Source: a virus (lineage: Duplodnaviria; Heunggongvirae; Uroviricota; Caudoviricetes). From it: a stretch of DNA of 64,000 nucleotides. The notes under the pieces were generated by a model. That model saw nothing but the letters and a program-made list of their open reading frames with translations, ran no database searches and was not told the DNA's origin. A program made the translations under genes and the position numbers. This document shows positions 35,252 through 44,736 of the stretch, one piece after another. The stretch covers positions 1-64,000 of IMG/VR virus record IMGVR_UViG_3300038379_000173. One strand, written 5' to 3'. Position 1 is the stretch's first letter. The number at the start of each line of letters is the position of its first letter.

Positions 35252-35583
35252 AACTAATTGATGAGATACGTACAATCCGTGAGAAACATACGAAAGATTT
35301 GTCAACAATTAAATCCGATGCACTGAAATGTTTTCTATCTAATACTCCAAGACATATCAAGCATCTAAAAGAAGTCGCGGCTACAACACATAGCTGTATT
35401 TATATTATTCCCGAATTTTATCTGGATGAAAATCTTATGAAGTGCTGGGCGAAAGATACACCGGAAACTTCATTTTATTACTGTCACCACGCCAAGGAAT
35501 ATTTTGAGTCGGAAGGATTTGAGTGTGTAATAGAAAAAGACACTTTAGCAAAATGGCGACTACAAATAAAGTTGCCGCTCTGA
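35248..35583 (+). CDS. hypothetical protein (111 aa)
   Basis: ATGA overlap. Confidence 0.5.
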   Translation: MKLIDEIRTIREKHTKDLSTIKSDALKCFLSNTPRHIKHLKEVAATTHSCIYIIPEFYLDENLMKCWAKDTPETSFYYCHHAKEYFESEGFECVIEKDTLAKWRLQIKLPL

Positions 35584-35601
35584 AGAAATGACACATTAAC
35601 C

Positions 35602-35856
35602 ATGGAAAGATTTCGTCATACACAAATATTTATGGGTAATGGTCGCCATAGTGAAGCTCAATGTGAAGAGATGATAGCACGTTTGGACGAAGCATTTGAG
35701 ATAATAAGTGGGGCTCAACAAGGCGAAGTGTTACGTGGCACCAAAGAATTTGACGACTATATTGAATATCTGAAGGGAGTTACTCTAGACATTGCCACTT
35801 CCCTTGGGATTAAAATAGTAGTGGTAGGAGAATTACAATGGAACGAAAAGCAATAG
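35602..35856 (+). CDS. hypothetical protein (84 aa)
   Basis: ORF. Confidence 0.45.
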   Translation: MERFRHTQIFMGNGRHSEAQCEEMIARLDEAFEIISGAQQGEVLRGTKEFDDYIEYLKGVTLDIATSLGIKIVVVGELQWNEKQ

Positions 35857-35859
35857 CGC

Positions 35860-36036
35860 ATGCCAATCTTTGAAGGTCCCATCCAACAGGATGATTTTGC
35901 CGCCCAACAACGTGCACTTAACGACAAAGTAATGCGCTTGCAATGGCGGCGGCTTGAAGAAACTTTGGAATTAGAAAAACAACTGAGTGTTGAAGCAGAA
36001 GAGATTGAAGAAAGCGGCCAAGATGTCGAAAAATAA
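35860..36036 (+). CDS. small hypothetical protein (58 aa)
   Basis: ORF not in the track. Confidence 0.35.
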   Translation: MPIFEGPIQQDDFAAQQRALNDKVMRLQWRRLEETLELEKQLSVEAEEIEESGQDVEK

Positions 36037-36090
36037 AAATGGTTATCATAATTCCGACCGCAGGGCGGAACGCGGTAGCGTGATATAAAC

Positions 36091-36459
36091 ATGAAACCGT
36101 TCATACACGCTCACATTAGTGCCAAGAAATTTGGCGGCAAACCATCTGACTACCAATCCATCCATGACTTTATCGATAGCACCAAGGCCCACCATGCTGA
36201 CGTACGCCATCGCGCCCTGCTACATTCATCGTGGGGCTGCTTTTTAGTTGAGAAGGTTTTTGGCATCACGATGGTTAATTCAGACGGCCGCGAATTCTCA
36301 ACAAGGGATATAGCCGAGCAACACATCCTAGATGACCTTGGCTCCATTCCTTCGGTGTCCCATTGGTTGAACAACATGGCATTCCAACCCTGGATGGGCG
36401 GCCATGTGAGAAGTAAGGCTCGGCAATATCAGACACTTCCAAGGAAGGATAAAGTATGA
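36091..36459 (+). CDS. hypothetical protein (122 aa)
   Basis: ORF. Confidence 0.5.
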   Translation: MKPFIHAHISAKKFGGKPSDYQSIHDFIDSTKAHHADVRHRALLHSSWGCFLVEKVFGITMVNSDGREFSTRDIAEQHILDDLGSIPSVSHWLNNMAFQPWMGGHVRSKARQYQTLPRKDKV

Positions 36460-36839
36460 ATTTACTAGGTGATTTACAAACCACGCTGGATGAGTTAAAT
36501 GTCCTGAAGGAAACACTCTACTCGAAAATTCGCCAAGAGGGTCGCCGTGCCCTTGAGGAGGGATTTGCGAAGGTTTTTAAGCAACATCCTGAAATACTAA
36601 GTATTACATGGATGCAATTCACTCCTTATTTTAACGATGGGGATGCGTGCACGTTCTCAGTGAATGAACCTGACTTTGAAATAGAAGGGGAGAAGAGTTC
36701 CGAACTTGAGGACTTTTTGTGTGACCTTAGTTACCAAATATTAGACGCAAAGAAAGTTCTTGAGTGGGTATTTGGCGACCACATTAGAGTTACTGTGACC
36801 CCCGAAGGAATAACAACCGACTATTGTCATCACGAGTAA
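36456..36839 (+). CDS. hypothetical protein (127 aa)
   Basis: ATGA overlap. Confidence 0.5.
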   Translation: MNLLGDLQTTLDELNVLKETLYSKIRQEGRRALEEGFAKVFKQHPEILSITWMQFTPYFNDGDACTFSVNEPDFEIEGEKSSELEDFLCDLSYQILDAKKVLEWVFGDHIRVTVTPEGITTDYCHHE

Positions 36840-36841
36840 GT

Positions 36842-37087
36842 ATGATTATGTCTGAAGATGTAGTAGAGATTGACTATACAAATTGGAAGGGTAGCCGCGG
36901 CCAACGGACTATACGTCCTATCTCAATAATATTTAACAACTCTTTATGGCATCCTGAGCCGCAGTGGTTATTGCGCGCTTTAGATATTAAAAAGGACGCC
37001 ATAAGATATTTTGCCCTGAAGGACGTGCATGGTTGGAAAAAATCGGCCCCATCCCAACAAGATAGCCCCACTCTGGGTCATTCTTAG
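36842..37087 (+). CDS. hypothetical protein
   Basis: ATG 3 nt after upstream stop. Confidence 0.4.
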   Translation: MIMSEDVVEIDYTNWKGSRGQRTIRPISIIFNNSLWHPEPQWLLRALDIKKDAIRYFALKDVHGWKKSAPSQQDSPTLGHS

Positions 37088-37370
37088 AGTTGACAGTATT
37101 GTTCCAGCGACAGACTGGACCGTTGAAATTAATGGATTTGTTGTTGGGTCTAATTTTCTATCCACAGGCCCAATTGTCCTCCCTGGTATACGTAAACCAT
37201 TAGAAGAAATAGGTCAGGGTGAAATATTGCGCCTAACTTGGTATGTGTCGAAGAACAAAGTGCGGCCAGACCCAGACGCTACGCTTGCCTTTGCTGACAA
37301 AGGACTTAAGTATGAAAAAGAGGGGGCGGCCGGCTGGGAATTACTCTTTGAGGAGATGGGAGAGGTATGA
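37029..37370 (+). CDS. hypothetical protein
   Basis: ORF overlapping its neighbour; start uncertain. Confidence 0.35.
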   Translation: MVGKNRPHPNKIAPLWVILRVDSIVPATDWTVEINGFVVGSNFLSTGPIVLPGIRKPLEEIGQGEILRLTWYVSKNKVRPDPDATLAFADKGLKYEKEGAAGWELLFEEMGEV

Positions 37371-37654
37371 CTAGAGGAATGTTTTTCAAAAAAGCTATAC
37401 AACTGACTCATGATGCCCTAGAGGCAAATAAAAAAAGAGAGGTAGACAGAACGCGCGAAAAAGCACAACTCGAAATACCCAAAATATACGAAGGAATAAA
37501 TAAGGCTGCGGCCAGAGGAGAAACTAATCTTGCTTGGGGTGTAGGAGATGAGCACAATGAATTTTTTGATGTTATTCATCAAGAACTTCAAGCGGAAGGT
37601 TTTGGAACCTACAGTAAAGGAGAATGTATCTATATCTCATGGAGAGATTGGTAG
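37367..37654 (+). CDS. hypothetical protein (95 aa)
   Basis: ATGA overlap. Confidence 0.5.
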   Translation: MTRGMFFKKAIQLTHDALEANKKREVDRTREKAQLEIPKIYEGINKAAARGETNLAWGVGDEHNEFFDVIHQELQAEGFGTYSKGECIYISWRDW

Positions 37655-38124
37655 TGCTTAAACTTCTCTTCCTAGACATTGATGGCGTTCTAAACACCCA
37701 TGACTTTGACGAGATAGCTAACTCCAATACCATCGAGAGAGATAAAGTAGCACTACTAAACCAAGTATTAGACCGCACTGGATGTCATTTGGTTATTAGT
37801 AGTGCTTGGCGCTACACCATTCTAAATGGCGCACAAACTCTCCTCGGCTTTGAATATATGCTGCGCTCTCACTCCATTCATTGTTGCGGGAAGGTTCATG
37901 GTCATACATGTAGCGACGAAGCAATTGATGGAAGTTTGGTACGCGAAGCCCAAATACTCAATTATCTGAATGTACGGACAACGTTTGGACAAAAATTTGC
38001 AGTGGTGGATGATTTACCGCTTCGACTCCCAAAGGATGTGTTTGTACAAACAGACGCAGAGTGTGGACTAACACAATCAAATGTTGATAGACTCATAGAA
38101 ATACTAGGGGAACATGACAGTTAA
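37639..38124 (+). CDS. HAD-superfamily phosphatase (T4 Pnkp-phosphatase-like DxDGT motif)
   Basis: motif I LLFLDIDGVLN, motif II VISSAW, motif IV VVDD. Confidence 0.6.
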   Translation: MERLVVLKLLFLDIDGVLNTHDFDEIANSNTIERDKVALLNQVLDRTGCHLVISSAWRYTILNGAQTLLGFEYMLRSHSIHCCGKVHGHTCSDEAIDGSLVREAQILNYLNVRTTFGQKFAVVDDLPLRLPKDVFVQTDAECGLTQSNVDRLIEILGEHDS

Positions 38125-38425
38125 AGAAGCTGAGAAAAAATTAGAGAGAGTAAAAAGACAATTCAAAGTTTTAGAACACAAGCTATGGCAAGCTAAGTTT
38201 AATATAACAAAGGCTGAGGAAAACCTAAAGAAAACTGTATGGGTAAAAAAAGTCCGTAAATCAAAATGTATCAAGTGTAAAAGAATGTTAGCACGTGACA
38301 AATCAGCCATGACAGATGGAAGATACGAAAAGACACACACTGGCTTTATATGTAGCAGGTGTGTTTATATACCAACGCCATGTAGTAGACATGGTAACCT
38401 CTATTGTGCTTGTGAAGACAGATAG
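38114..38425 (+). CDS. hypothetical Lys-rich protein with C-terminal Cys cluster
   Basis: ORF. Confidence 0.5.
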   Translation: MTVKEAEKKLERVKRQFKVLEHKLWQAKFNITKAEENLKKTVWVKKVRKSKCIKCKRMLARDKSAMTDGRYEKTHTGFICSRCVYIPTPCSRHGNLYCACEDR

Positions 38426-38433
38426 GAGATATA

Positions 38434-38715
38434 ATGAAAAAGCGTCCATTCTTAAATATCCAAGTGTCGCGCGCTGGCACTTCTTCCAAAGACCCAGATG
38501 TGACTATCCATTGGGATGGGCCGGCCCCAACAACTCAAAAGCGCGACAAGATATATAACGCCATCCATGCTCTATTAGCTGCCCTTGGTCCAGTGCCGCG
38601 CGGCAACTGGGAAGTAACAGTGCGGGCTGAAGATATTGATGGTTATTTTAAAAGGACACCCAAGGATGTTGGGGGTATATTAAAGGAAGAAGAAAAGGAG
38701 GGTCAACCAAATTAA
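38434..38715 (+). CDS. hypothetical protein (93 aa)
   Basis: ORF followed by a terminator. Confidence 0.5.
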   Translation: MKKRPFLNIQVSRAGTSSKDPDVTIHWDGPAPTTQKRDKIYNAIHALLAALGPVPRGNWEVTVRAEDIDGYFKRTPKDVGGILKEEEKEGQPN

Positions 38716-38717
38716 AA

Positions 38718-38749
38718 GGCAACGTTAGTTGCCGCCAAATTATTATTTT
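38718..38749 (+). terminator. rho-independent terminator
   Basis: ggcaac-gtta-gttgcc hairpin followed by gccaaattattatttt. Confidence 0.7.
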
Positions 38750-39119
38750 GGGGGTGAATTAGCTTCGATTAGTATTGCCAAAATATCCGTGCAGGTCGTG
38801 GTGGAGTAGGCCACGTTAAACCGCTCCAAAGTTTAAATGCCAAGACTACGGTCAAAGCAAGCCGGTTCGCCGGCATCCGCGGCTATCGCGTTGTTCGCAG
38901 CGCGCCTGTCGCACTCGTCGCCTAACGAGCAATTAGGTAAAGGCTCCGGGCCTCCTCTCGGAAGTTCCTATGAGGAGTCTAAGTAATAGGTACTAATACA
39001 TAGACTATTTGCTCAATAGAAATTGAGATAGGTTGGTTGAACCGACAAAACAACCCAAGCTTGTGGATGAATGGATATAGCGGAATATTGAGACGCGGGT
39101 GCAAGTCCCGCCACCTCCA
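38750..39119 (+). ncRNA. ssrA: probable tmRNA (ssrA), CCA not encoded
   Basis: 5' GGGGGTG pairs with 3' CACCTCC including a G3-U wobble; discriminator A; T-arm GCGGG-TGCAAGT-CCCGC; 3' end GACGCGGGTGCAAGTCCCGCCACCTCCA closely resembles the E. coli ssrA 3' end; 5' GGGGGTGAATTAGCTTCGA resembles tmRNA 5'; internal frame ends ...SAPVALVA-TAA at 38923..38925; about 370 nt with no protein ORF. Confidence 0.6.
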
Positions 39120-39133
39120 TCGAAAGGGGTTTT

Positions 39134-39580
39134 ATGCGTGCCAAATCGCTTCGGCTTCATACATTCCCAGAAGATGAGAATGTATTGCGGACTAAGTGTC
39201 GTGAAGTAACAGTTGCGGACATCGATACAATACAGAAAGTCGCCCCAGAAATGTATCATTTGGGCCGCTCGCTCGCCGCGGCAGCTATAGCTGCCCCCCA
39301 AGTGGGGCTTGACTTAGCTTTCTTCGTTCACTGCGGATTGCGCTCTGAAGTAGTGATAAATCCCCGCTATAGGGTTTTGTCATACGCCTCAAGCGTGGTG
39401 GCCCCAGAGGGATGTTTGAGTTTCCCAGACAAAGTCCAAGACGTTGCACGTTGGAATTGTATAGCAGTAGATTACTTGACGTCGCGCTGGACTGTAGTAG
39501 AGAAACATCTCTATGATTTTGAAGCAAGAGTTTTTCAGCACGAGGTTGACCACCTCGAAGGTAAATTGTTCATTGATTGA
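39134..39580 (+). CDS. def: peptide deformylase
   Basis: three PDF motifs: G-L-AAPQVG, EGCLSFP, QHEVDHLEG. Confidence 0.85.
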   Translation: MRAKSLRLHTFPEDENVLRTKCREVTVADIDTIQKVAPEMYHLGRSLAAAAIAAPQVGLDLAFFVHCGLRSEVVINPRYRVLSYASSVVAPEGCLSFPDKVQDVARWNCIAVDYLTSRWTVVEKHLYDFEARVFQHEVDHLEGKLFID

Positions 39581-39591
39581 AGGAGCCTAAC

Positions 39592-39915
39592 ATGGCTGTT
39601 GACGCACGAAAACTACTACGTACAGCAGACGAAATCCTCTCACATCCGAATAAGTGGTGTAAGGGAAGTGGACGTACAGAAGGTGGGAGAGTTTGCCTCT
39701 TCGGGGCTTTAGCAGAAGCCGCGGCAAAATTAAATTTGGATGACGACATGAAAATGTTAGATGCGGCTCACGCGATGCTGCTTAACTTTATACCTGAAGC
39801 AACAGATGAAGATGCCGAATATGGTATTAGTTATGGTATAAGTGAATTTAACGACGCCCCCAAAACAACATTCAAGGATGTCAAGAAATTAATCAAACGG
39901 ACCCTCAAGGGTTAA
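39592..39915 (+). CDS. hypothetical protein, paralog family X copy 2
   Basis: RBS aaggag before ATG 39592; motifs KWCKG...CLFGAL...FNDA...FKDVKKLI. Confidence 0.5.
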   Translation: MAVDARKLLRTADEILSHPNKWCKGSGRTEGGRVCLFGALAEAAAKLNLDDDMKMLDAAHAMLLNFIPEATDEDAEYGISYGISEFNDAPKTTFKDVKKLIKRTLKG

Positions 39916-39925
39916 GGAGTTTAAG

Positions 39926-40363
39926 ATGGATAGCGGCCAAACATTTGTTGTTGATGAACAAGCGGTTCAAGATATTGCAAAGGTTTTCAAGCGCAACCCA
40001 GACAAATTGCGCGACAAAATCTTGGGACATACATTTATCATTCCAAAGTCTCTTTCTGGTGTTCCCAACATAGATGCGGTTTTGGTTCGTGGCGCTCGCA
40101 TTATCAACGGTAATATTCAGCGTGGTCGGCCGGCCAAATTCCCGCGCTTTGTTGTGGCCCGCCTTTTGGGCGAGATGGATGACCCCTCAATTGAGGACTA
40201 CGAAACAAAAATAACAGACACAAAATTTGTTGCACAAAGTACACCAACAGCACCATCTAATGTAATATCACAAGAAGTTTTGGCGGCCAAGGTTGCTAAA
40301 GAGGATGCCGAAAGGGAAGCTAAAGCACTACGTATTCTAAGTACTCTTCCAACTGAAGGTTAA
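39926..40363 (+). CDS. hypothetical protein (145 aa)
   Basis: ORF. Confidence 0.5.
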   Translation: MDSGQTFVVDEQAVQDIAKVFKRNPDKLRDKILGHTFIIPKSLSGVPNIDAVLVRGARIINGNIQRGRPAKFPRFVVARLLGEMDDPSIEDYETKITDTKFVAQSTPTAPSNVISQEVLAAKVAKEDAEREAKALRILSTLPTEG

Positions 40364-40442
40364 CTTGACGACTTTAGGGGCGCCCCGTGTATTATTATGC
40401 GGGCCGCCAACTTCTCTGACCCCGCGCGGCTATGGGTTTTTC

Positions 40443-41147
40443 ATGCAACGTAAAAAAGGTAAACATGGTGGACGTTCTAAGATTCTTTTTAAACCGCGAA
40501 GTGAGGGTCAACGACGATACGTCGAATCTATAGAAAATAATACAGTAACTTTATGTGCGGGATATGCTGGGACTGGCAAGACACTCTGTGCAATTGCTAC
40601 TGCTATCGGACTTTGTCAAAATCCGACAACACCATATAGGCGTATTATTTTAGTTAGGCCCGCGGTTGAAGCTTGCGGTGAGCGTATTGGTTATTTGCCA
40701 GGCGGCATTAATGACAAAATGCGCCCACTTGTCCAACCTATCATTGACGCTATGCGTGTGCTTACAGACGATGAGTCGTTTATCAATGAATTGATTGACG
40801 GCCATAGTATTCATGGGCCTGGTATGGAAATAGTCCCCATGGCTTTTATGCGCGGCCGGACATTTTCCAATGCCATTGTGCTATTGGATGAAGCACAAAA
40901 TGCCTCACCGGCGCAGATTAAACTTTTCCTAACGCGCATTGGGGAAAACTGCAAGGTTATTATCGAAGGCGACCCGACTCAATCGGACATCTATGATGAT
41001 AGAGATAAAACAGGGTTGATGGATGCGATAAGGCGCATTGGAAGCTTGGACGACGTTGGAGTTGTGACCCTAGAGGTCTCAGATATACAACGCAACCCAA
41101 TCCTAGAGAGTATTTTGAAACGCTATGGGGATGTGAAGGGTACGTAG
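40443..41147 (+). CDS. phoH: PhoH-family ATPase
   Basis: Walker A GYAGTGKT, LLDEAQN, GDPTQSD; internal ATG 40443 gives the PhoH-typical size (track ORF starts 40365). Confidence 0.8.
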   Translation: MQRKKGKHGGRSKILFKPRSEGQRRYVESIENNTVTLCAGYAGTGKTLCAIATAIGLCQNPTTPYRRIILVRPAVEACGERIGYLPGGINDKMRPLVQPIIDAMRVLTDDESFINELIDGHSIHGPGMEIVPMAFMRGRTFSNAIVLLDEAQNASPAQIKLFLTRIGENCKVIIEGDPTQSDIYDDRDKTGLMDAIRRIGSLDDVGVVTLEVSDIQRNPILESILKRYGDVKGT

Positions 41148-41666
41148 TTGGCGTCAGTCCACAAAGAGTGTAAAGAGACCGTTCATCTAACACCGCCAAA
41201 AATTATTGCACTCGTAACAAAACATTTTGGTGGTCAAATATCACTGGACCCAGCCACTGAACCTAATAATCCAACTGGAGCCGCCACATTCTACACAGAA
41301 AAAGATAACTGCTTAATTTTACCCTGGCTGCCCAACACTTTTGTTAATCCGCCCTATGGGCGCGATTTACCACTTTGGGTCGAGAAAATAGCAACCGAAG
41401 TTGCACTCGGACATCCTACAATAGCTCTATTGCCCGCCGGCAGTGGGCGGCCAGGAACTAAATATTGGCAGAAATATGTGCTAAATAGCAATCTGCGCGC
41501 CATTTGCTATACACGTGGCCCCATAGCATTTCTAAATGCTGCTGGAGTACCACAAAAGAATAATACATACCCGAGTTATTTTTTCGGCTACAATGTAGAT
41601 TTTAACCGTTTTCTAGAGTGTTTTGGCACCCTGGGTAAAGTTCTCAGGGTTACAGTGGAGAATTGA
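41148..41666 (+). CDS. dam: phage-type DNA N6-adenine methyltransferase (Dam)
   Basis: FGGQISLDPATEPNN and NPPYGRD motifs; TTG start. Confidence 0.55.
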   Translation: MASVHKECKETVHLTPPKIIALVTKHFGGQISLDPATEPNNPTGAATFYTEKDNCLILPWLPNTFVNPPYGRDLPLWVEKIATEVALGHPTIALLPAGSGRPGTKYWQKYVLNSNLRAICYTRGPIAFLNAAGVPQKNNTYPSYFFGYNVDFNRFLECFGTLGKVLRVTVEN

Positions 41667-41667
41667 A

Positions 41668-41832
41668 ATGAATGATTGGCTGCCAGAAGATGCACGTGAA
41701 GCGTTAGATGGTGAACACACACACCCAAATTATGTGGCATATTTAGCGCCAGATGGTTCAACCTATTCTTATATTGCTAGTGACAAAGAAATCGCTTGGT
41801 ATAAAAAGGCTTTCCAATGGACTTTGAAATAG
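41668..41832 (+). CDS. small hypothetical protein
   Basis: RBS ggagaa before ATG. Confidence 0.4.
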   Translation: MNDWLPEDAREALDGEHTHPNYVAYLAPDGSTYSYIASDKEIAWYKKAFQWTLK

Positions 41833-42077
41833 TACGTGAACCAATTCGTTGGGTGCAAAAGTTTGTTAATGCTTCCACTGGCTTTATAGATAGCTTAGTA
41901 GTCGGCGTACAATCCATCCTCTTGGCGCCCGTTGTTTTTATCCAACAATTAGCGCGCCATGAAATTGTCTTGTTGGTTCCAAAGGATACCCAACAGCCAA
42001 CCCAAGTAATCTCACCAGATGATGGTGAAGACTGGAAGCGTCAACATGATGAATTGTATGGAGGTAACAGTGGCTAA
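41817..42077 (+). CDS. hypothetical protein (86 aa)
   Basis: ORF. Confidence 0.4.
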   Translation: MDFEIVREPIRWVQKFVNASTGFIDSLVVGVQSILLAPVVFIQQLARHEIVLLVPKDTQQPTQVISPDDGEDWKRQHDELYGGNSG

Positions 42078-42738
42078 AATACGATGTGTTGTGTTCGACT
42101 TAGCCGGGACACTTGTGGTGGACAGCGGCCAAGTGGCTTCCTGCCTCCTCACTGCGACACAAAGTGACTTGGCGCGTGACTCTATCGGCCGCATTGGGTT
42201 GGATGACATTGAGCGCTTCATGGGTGAGTCTAAGATGGATACAATAAAGAAGGTGTTCCAGCCGACATTTGTTGCAATAGAGAATATATTTAACGGCCTC
42301 ATGGCTTCTAAGTATATGAAAAAAGTTGAACTTTACGATGGCGTAGTAGAGACACTGGAAGTTCTGAGGAACTCAAAGTATGAAGTGGTGTGTAATACTG
42401 GATTTCCTGAGGTTGTAGCGAAAGTCATTATTGAAAACTCTCAACTTAAAGACCTTATTACATTTGTTGTAACCCCCGATGATGTAGGAGGACGCGGCAG
42501 GCCGCAGGCCGACATGCTTTTCTATATCAAAGACAGATTATATTTTCCATCTACCACTTGGATAGCTAAAGTTGGCGACACAAATGCGGATGTTGAAGAG
42601 GGTCGCAATGCGCGCGTTGGACTTAATATCTGGAAAGATAATGGTACTCGCACTAAACCAGCAGGCGACGATTATCATACTATCTCTAAAATAGAAGAAA
42701 TAATTCCACTTTTGGAAAAACACAATGGCAAACAGTGA
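42058..42738 (+). CDS. HAD-superfamily hydrolase (motif I D-x-A-G-T, phosphonatase-like variant)
   Basis: motif I RCVVFDLAGTLV near the N-terminus; ATG 42058 inside track ORF 42019..42738. Confidence 0.6.
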   Translation: MEVTVAKIRCVVFDLAGTLVVDSGQVASCLLTATQSDLARDSIGRIGLDDIERFMGESKMDTIKKVFQPTFVAIENIFNGLMASKYMKKVELYDGVVETLEVLRNSKYEVVCNTGFPEVVAKVIIENSQLKDLITFVVTPDDVGGRGRPQADMLFYIKDRLYFPSTTWIAKVGDTNADVEEGRNARVGLNIWKDNGTRTKPAGDDYHTISKIEEIIPLLEKHNGKQ

Positions 42739-42788
42739 ATATGTAAAATTACGCCAGTTAGTGAAGGTTATCCTATGGGAACTAGGAT

Positions 42789-43124
42789 ATGACTTGCGCG
42801 ACTGTAAAGAATGTGCTGGTGATGGCCAGCGTAACAATTTACAATGTTTCTTCTGTGCTGGAGCCGGCTCAACAATTGTGGAGACACACAAACTTCATGA
42901 TTAATGAAAACGATATTGATAGGGCTGTTGGTAAACTAGAAAACAGAATAGAAGAACAATTTTACGAGATAAATCGCAAACTTGACGCACTTTTACGAAA
43001 GTTTAATTTAGAGATTGCAGATTGTTACGATTGTACTAGCGGTAGAGTTAAAATAGACGACCATCCTTGGTATACTGATTGTAAGACATGTAGTGGTTCA
43101 TCTATTGTGGTTAGAGAAATATGA
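42789..43124 (+). CDS. Cys-rich hypothetical protein
   Basis: CKECAGDG...CFFCAGAG and CYDCTSG...CKTCSG pairs. Confidence 0.4.
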   Translation: MTCATVKNVLVMASVTIYNVSSVLEPAQQLWRHTNFMINENDIDRAVGKLENRIEEQFYEINRKLDALLRKFNLEIADCYDCTSGRVKIDDHPWYTDCKTCSGSSIVVREI

Positions 43125-43714
43125 ACGAATATTTGGAATGGCTGGCCGCCGATGGTTGGATGGCGTGTCAGCGTTGTCCGCGATTGGCTGGCAATCGCAC
43201 ACAAGTTGTGCCAGGGTATGGACAAACAGTCCGACCCATCCTTTACCTATTAGGTGAAGCTCCAGGAACAACAGAAGACAAAGTGGGCCGCCCTTTTAGC
43301 GGGCGAGCCGGCTTAGATGTCCTAAATGGATTGCTTAAAATAGCCGGCGTGACGCGCGAAGAAATTTTCATCGCCAATACGTGTTTGTGCCGGCCGCCGG
43401 CAAATGCAAAACCGACACCAACTGAGGTTTACAATTGCCTGCCACGTCTCACACAGGAAATAAAAATGCTAGCGCCCCACGTTATCGTATCTATGGGCGC
43501 CACACCACTTTTCGCACTTACTAAACAAAGTGCACTGGCAAAAAACCGCGGCTGGAAAAAAACCGCCTTACATCCTAAGGTTTTTATTACCTACCATCCG
43601 GCTTCCGTTTTTTATGGTACACACGCGGAGATGGCAGCAAAGCGTGCCGCCATGGAAGAAGATTGGGCCAAAATAGGGCAGGCTGCCAAGGAACTTAGAA
43701 ATGAAACCGCTTAG
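43121..43714 (+). CDS. family-4 uracil-DNA glycosylase
   Basis: GEAPGTTEDKVGRPFSGRAG motif; conserved Cys; HP motif near the C-terminus (ITYHPASV). Confidence 0.75.
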   Translation: MNEYLEWLAADGWMACQRCPRLAGNRTQVVPGYGQTVRPILYLLGEAPGTTEDKVGRPFSGRAGLDVLNGLLKIAGVTREEIFIANTCLCRPPANAKPTPTEVYNCLPRLTQEIKMLAPHVIVSMGATPLFALTKQSALAKNRGWKKTALHPKVFITYHPASVFYGTHAEMAAKRAAMEEDWAKIGQAAKELRNETA

Positions 43715-43997
43715 CTATCAACAACCAATAACTTCTGCTCACTATCCGCCAAAATTACCCCCGAAGGGCGACGTTGTGCGCCTGGGGCGTGAAAGTCAAA
43801 TCGTGACTCACTTACCTACAAACTCCAGGGGAGATGTAGTAGTTGCTTGGGAGGGAGTTGTGGAGTATGACAAGAGAAGAAAGGTGACCAAAGGGGTATG
43901 TTCAGTCTTCCATTGGGCAGATAAAAAGCGTCTAGCGGCTCGGTTAGCAGAAACAATTTTTGCTGTAGACGCCGATGATGCGATGGATGTAGGATAA
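43701..43997 (+). CDS. hypothetical protein (98 aa)
   Basis: ORF. Confidence 0.45.
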   Translation: MKPLSYQQPITSAHYPPKLPPKGDVVRLGRESQIVTHLPTNSRGDVVVAWEGVVEYDKRRKVTKGVCSVFHWADKKRLAARLAETIFAVDADDAMDVG

Positions 43998-44251
43998 TGA
44001 CTAAGGATGAATTTTGGCGTAACCTTTGTTCGATTGTTGATTCTACTAGAATATCTTCGATAGATTTAGAGATGTTAAGTTTGTACCGTCTTAATGTGCT
44101 ATTGCGCACACAACATAACTACAATACGGCACCAAATTCTTTAGATGAAGTTTTGGAATTGATTGACGTAATGGGTTGTTTGCGCATTCTAACTGCTTCG
44201 GATATTTATGTAAAACGCATGGAAGCAAAGTCGCTATGGACGAACGATTAA
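43997..44251 (+). CDS. hypothetical protein (84 aa)
   Basis: ATGA overlap. Confidence 0.4.
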   Translation: MTKDEFWRNLCSIVDSTRISSIDLEMLSLYRLNVLLRTQHNYNTAPNSLDEVLELIDVMGCLRILTASDIYVKRMEAKSLWTND

Positions 44252-44736
44252 AACGTTTGGCCGCGGCTCATGCTGCAAATCCTTACGACATTGAATTACA
44301 TGCTCAATTAATACGCAATGCTTATAGGGCCGGACTAATTCCACGCGAGAATGTTGGATTAGCCTCCCTCATTAGGGTTCCAGTGATAGTTCAAGTTTTT
44401 CCCGATATAGTAAAATCGACTTATATGATTTGGGAAAATGAAAAACTCATCAACTACACAATACAGGATACGCTTAAAATCATACAGCGACCTCTGTTCG
44501 AACATAAACTACGTCTAATTCTCCTAAAGAATTTTTGTGAGTGCGCAGTCAAATACGTTTGTGTGTTCTCGATTAGGTATAATGTAGGTCTTATAGAAAA
44601 AATGGTTTCTATCCGAAAGATTGTTAATTTTGCGTGTCATTTAGATAGACATGCAAAAGTGAAAGTTTCGGAGAATGCGTTACGTTCAGAATGGGCCGCG
44701 GCTTGCGCCCCTTTGCTTCTTGGAGAATTTGCATGA
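44236..44736 (+). CDS. hypothetical protein
   Basis: internal ATG of track ORF 44176..44736. Confidence 0.4.
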   Translation: MDERLKRLAAAHAANPYDIELHAQLIRNAYRAGLIPRENVGLASLIRVPVIVQVFPDIVKSTYMIWENEKLINYTIQDTLKIIQRPLFEHKLRLILLKNFCECAVKYVCVFSIRYNVGLIEKMVSIRKIVNFACHLDRHAKVKVSENALRSEWAAACAPLLLGEFA

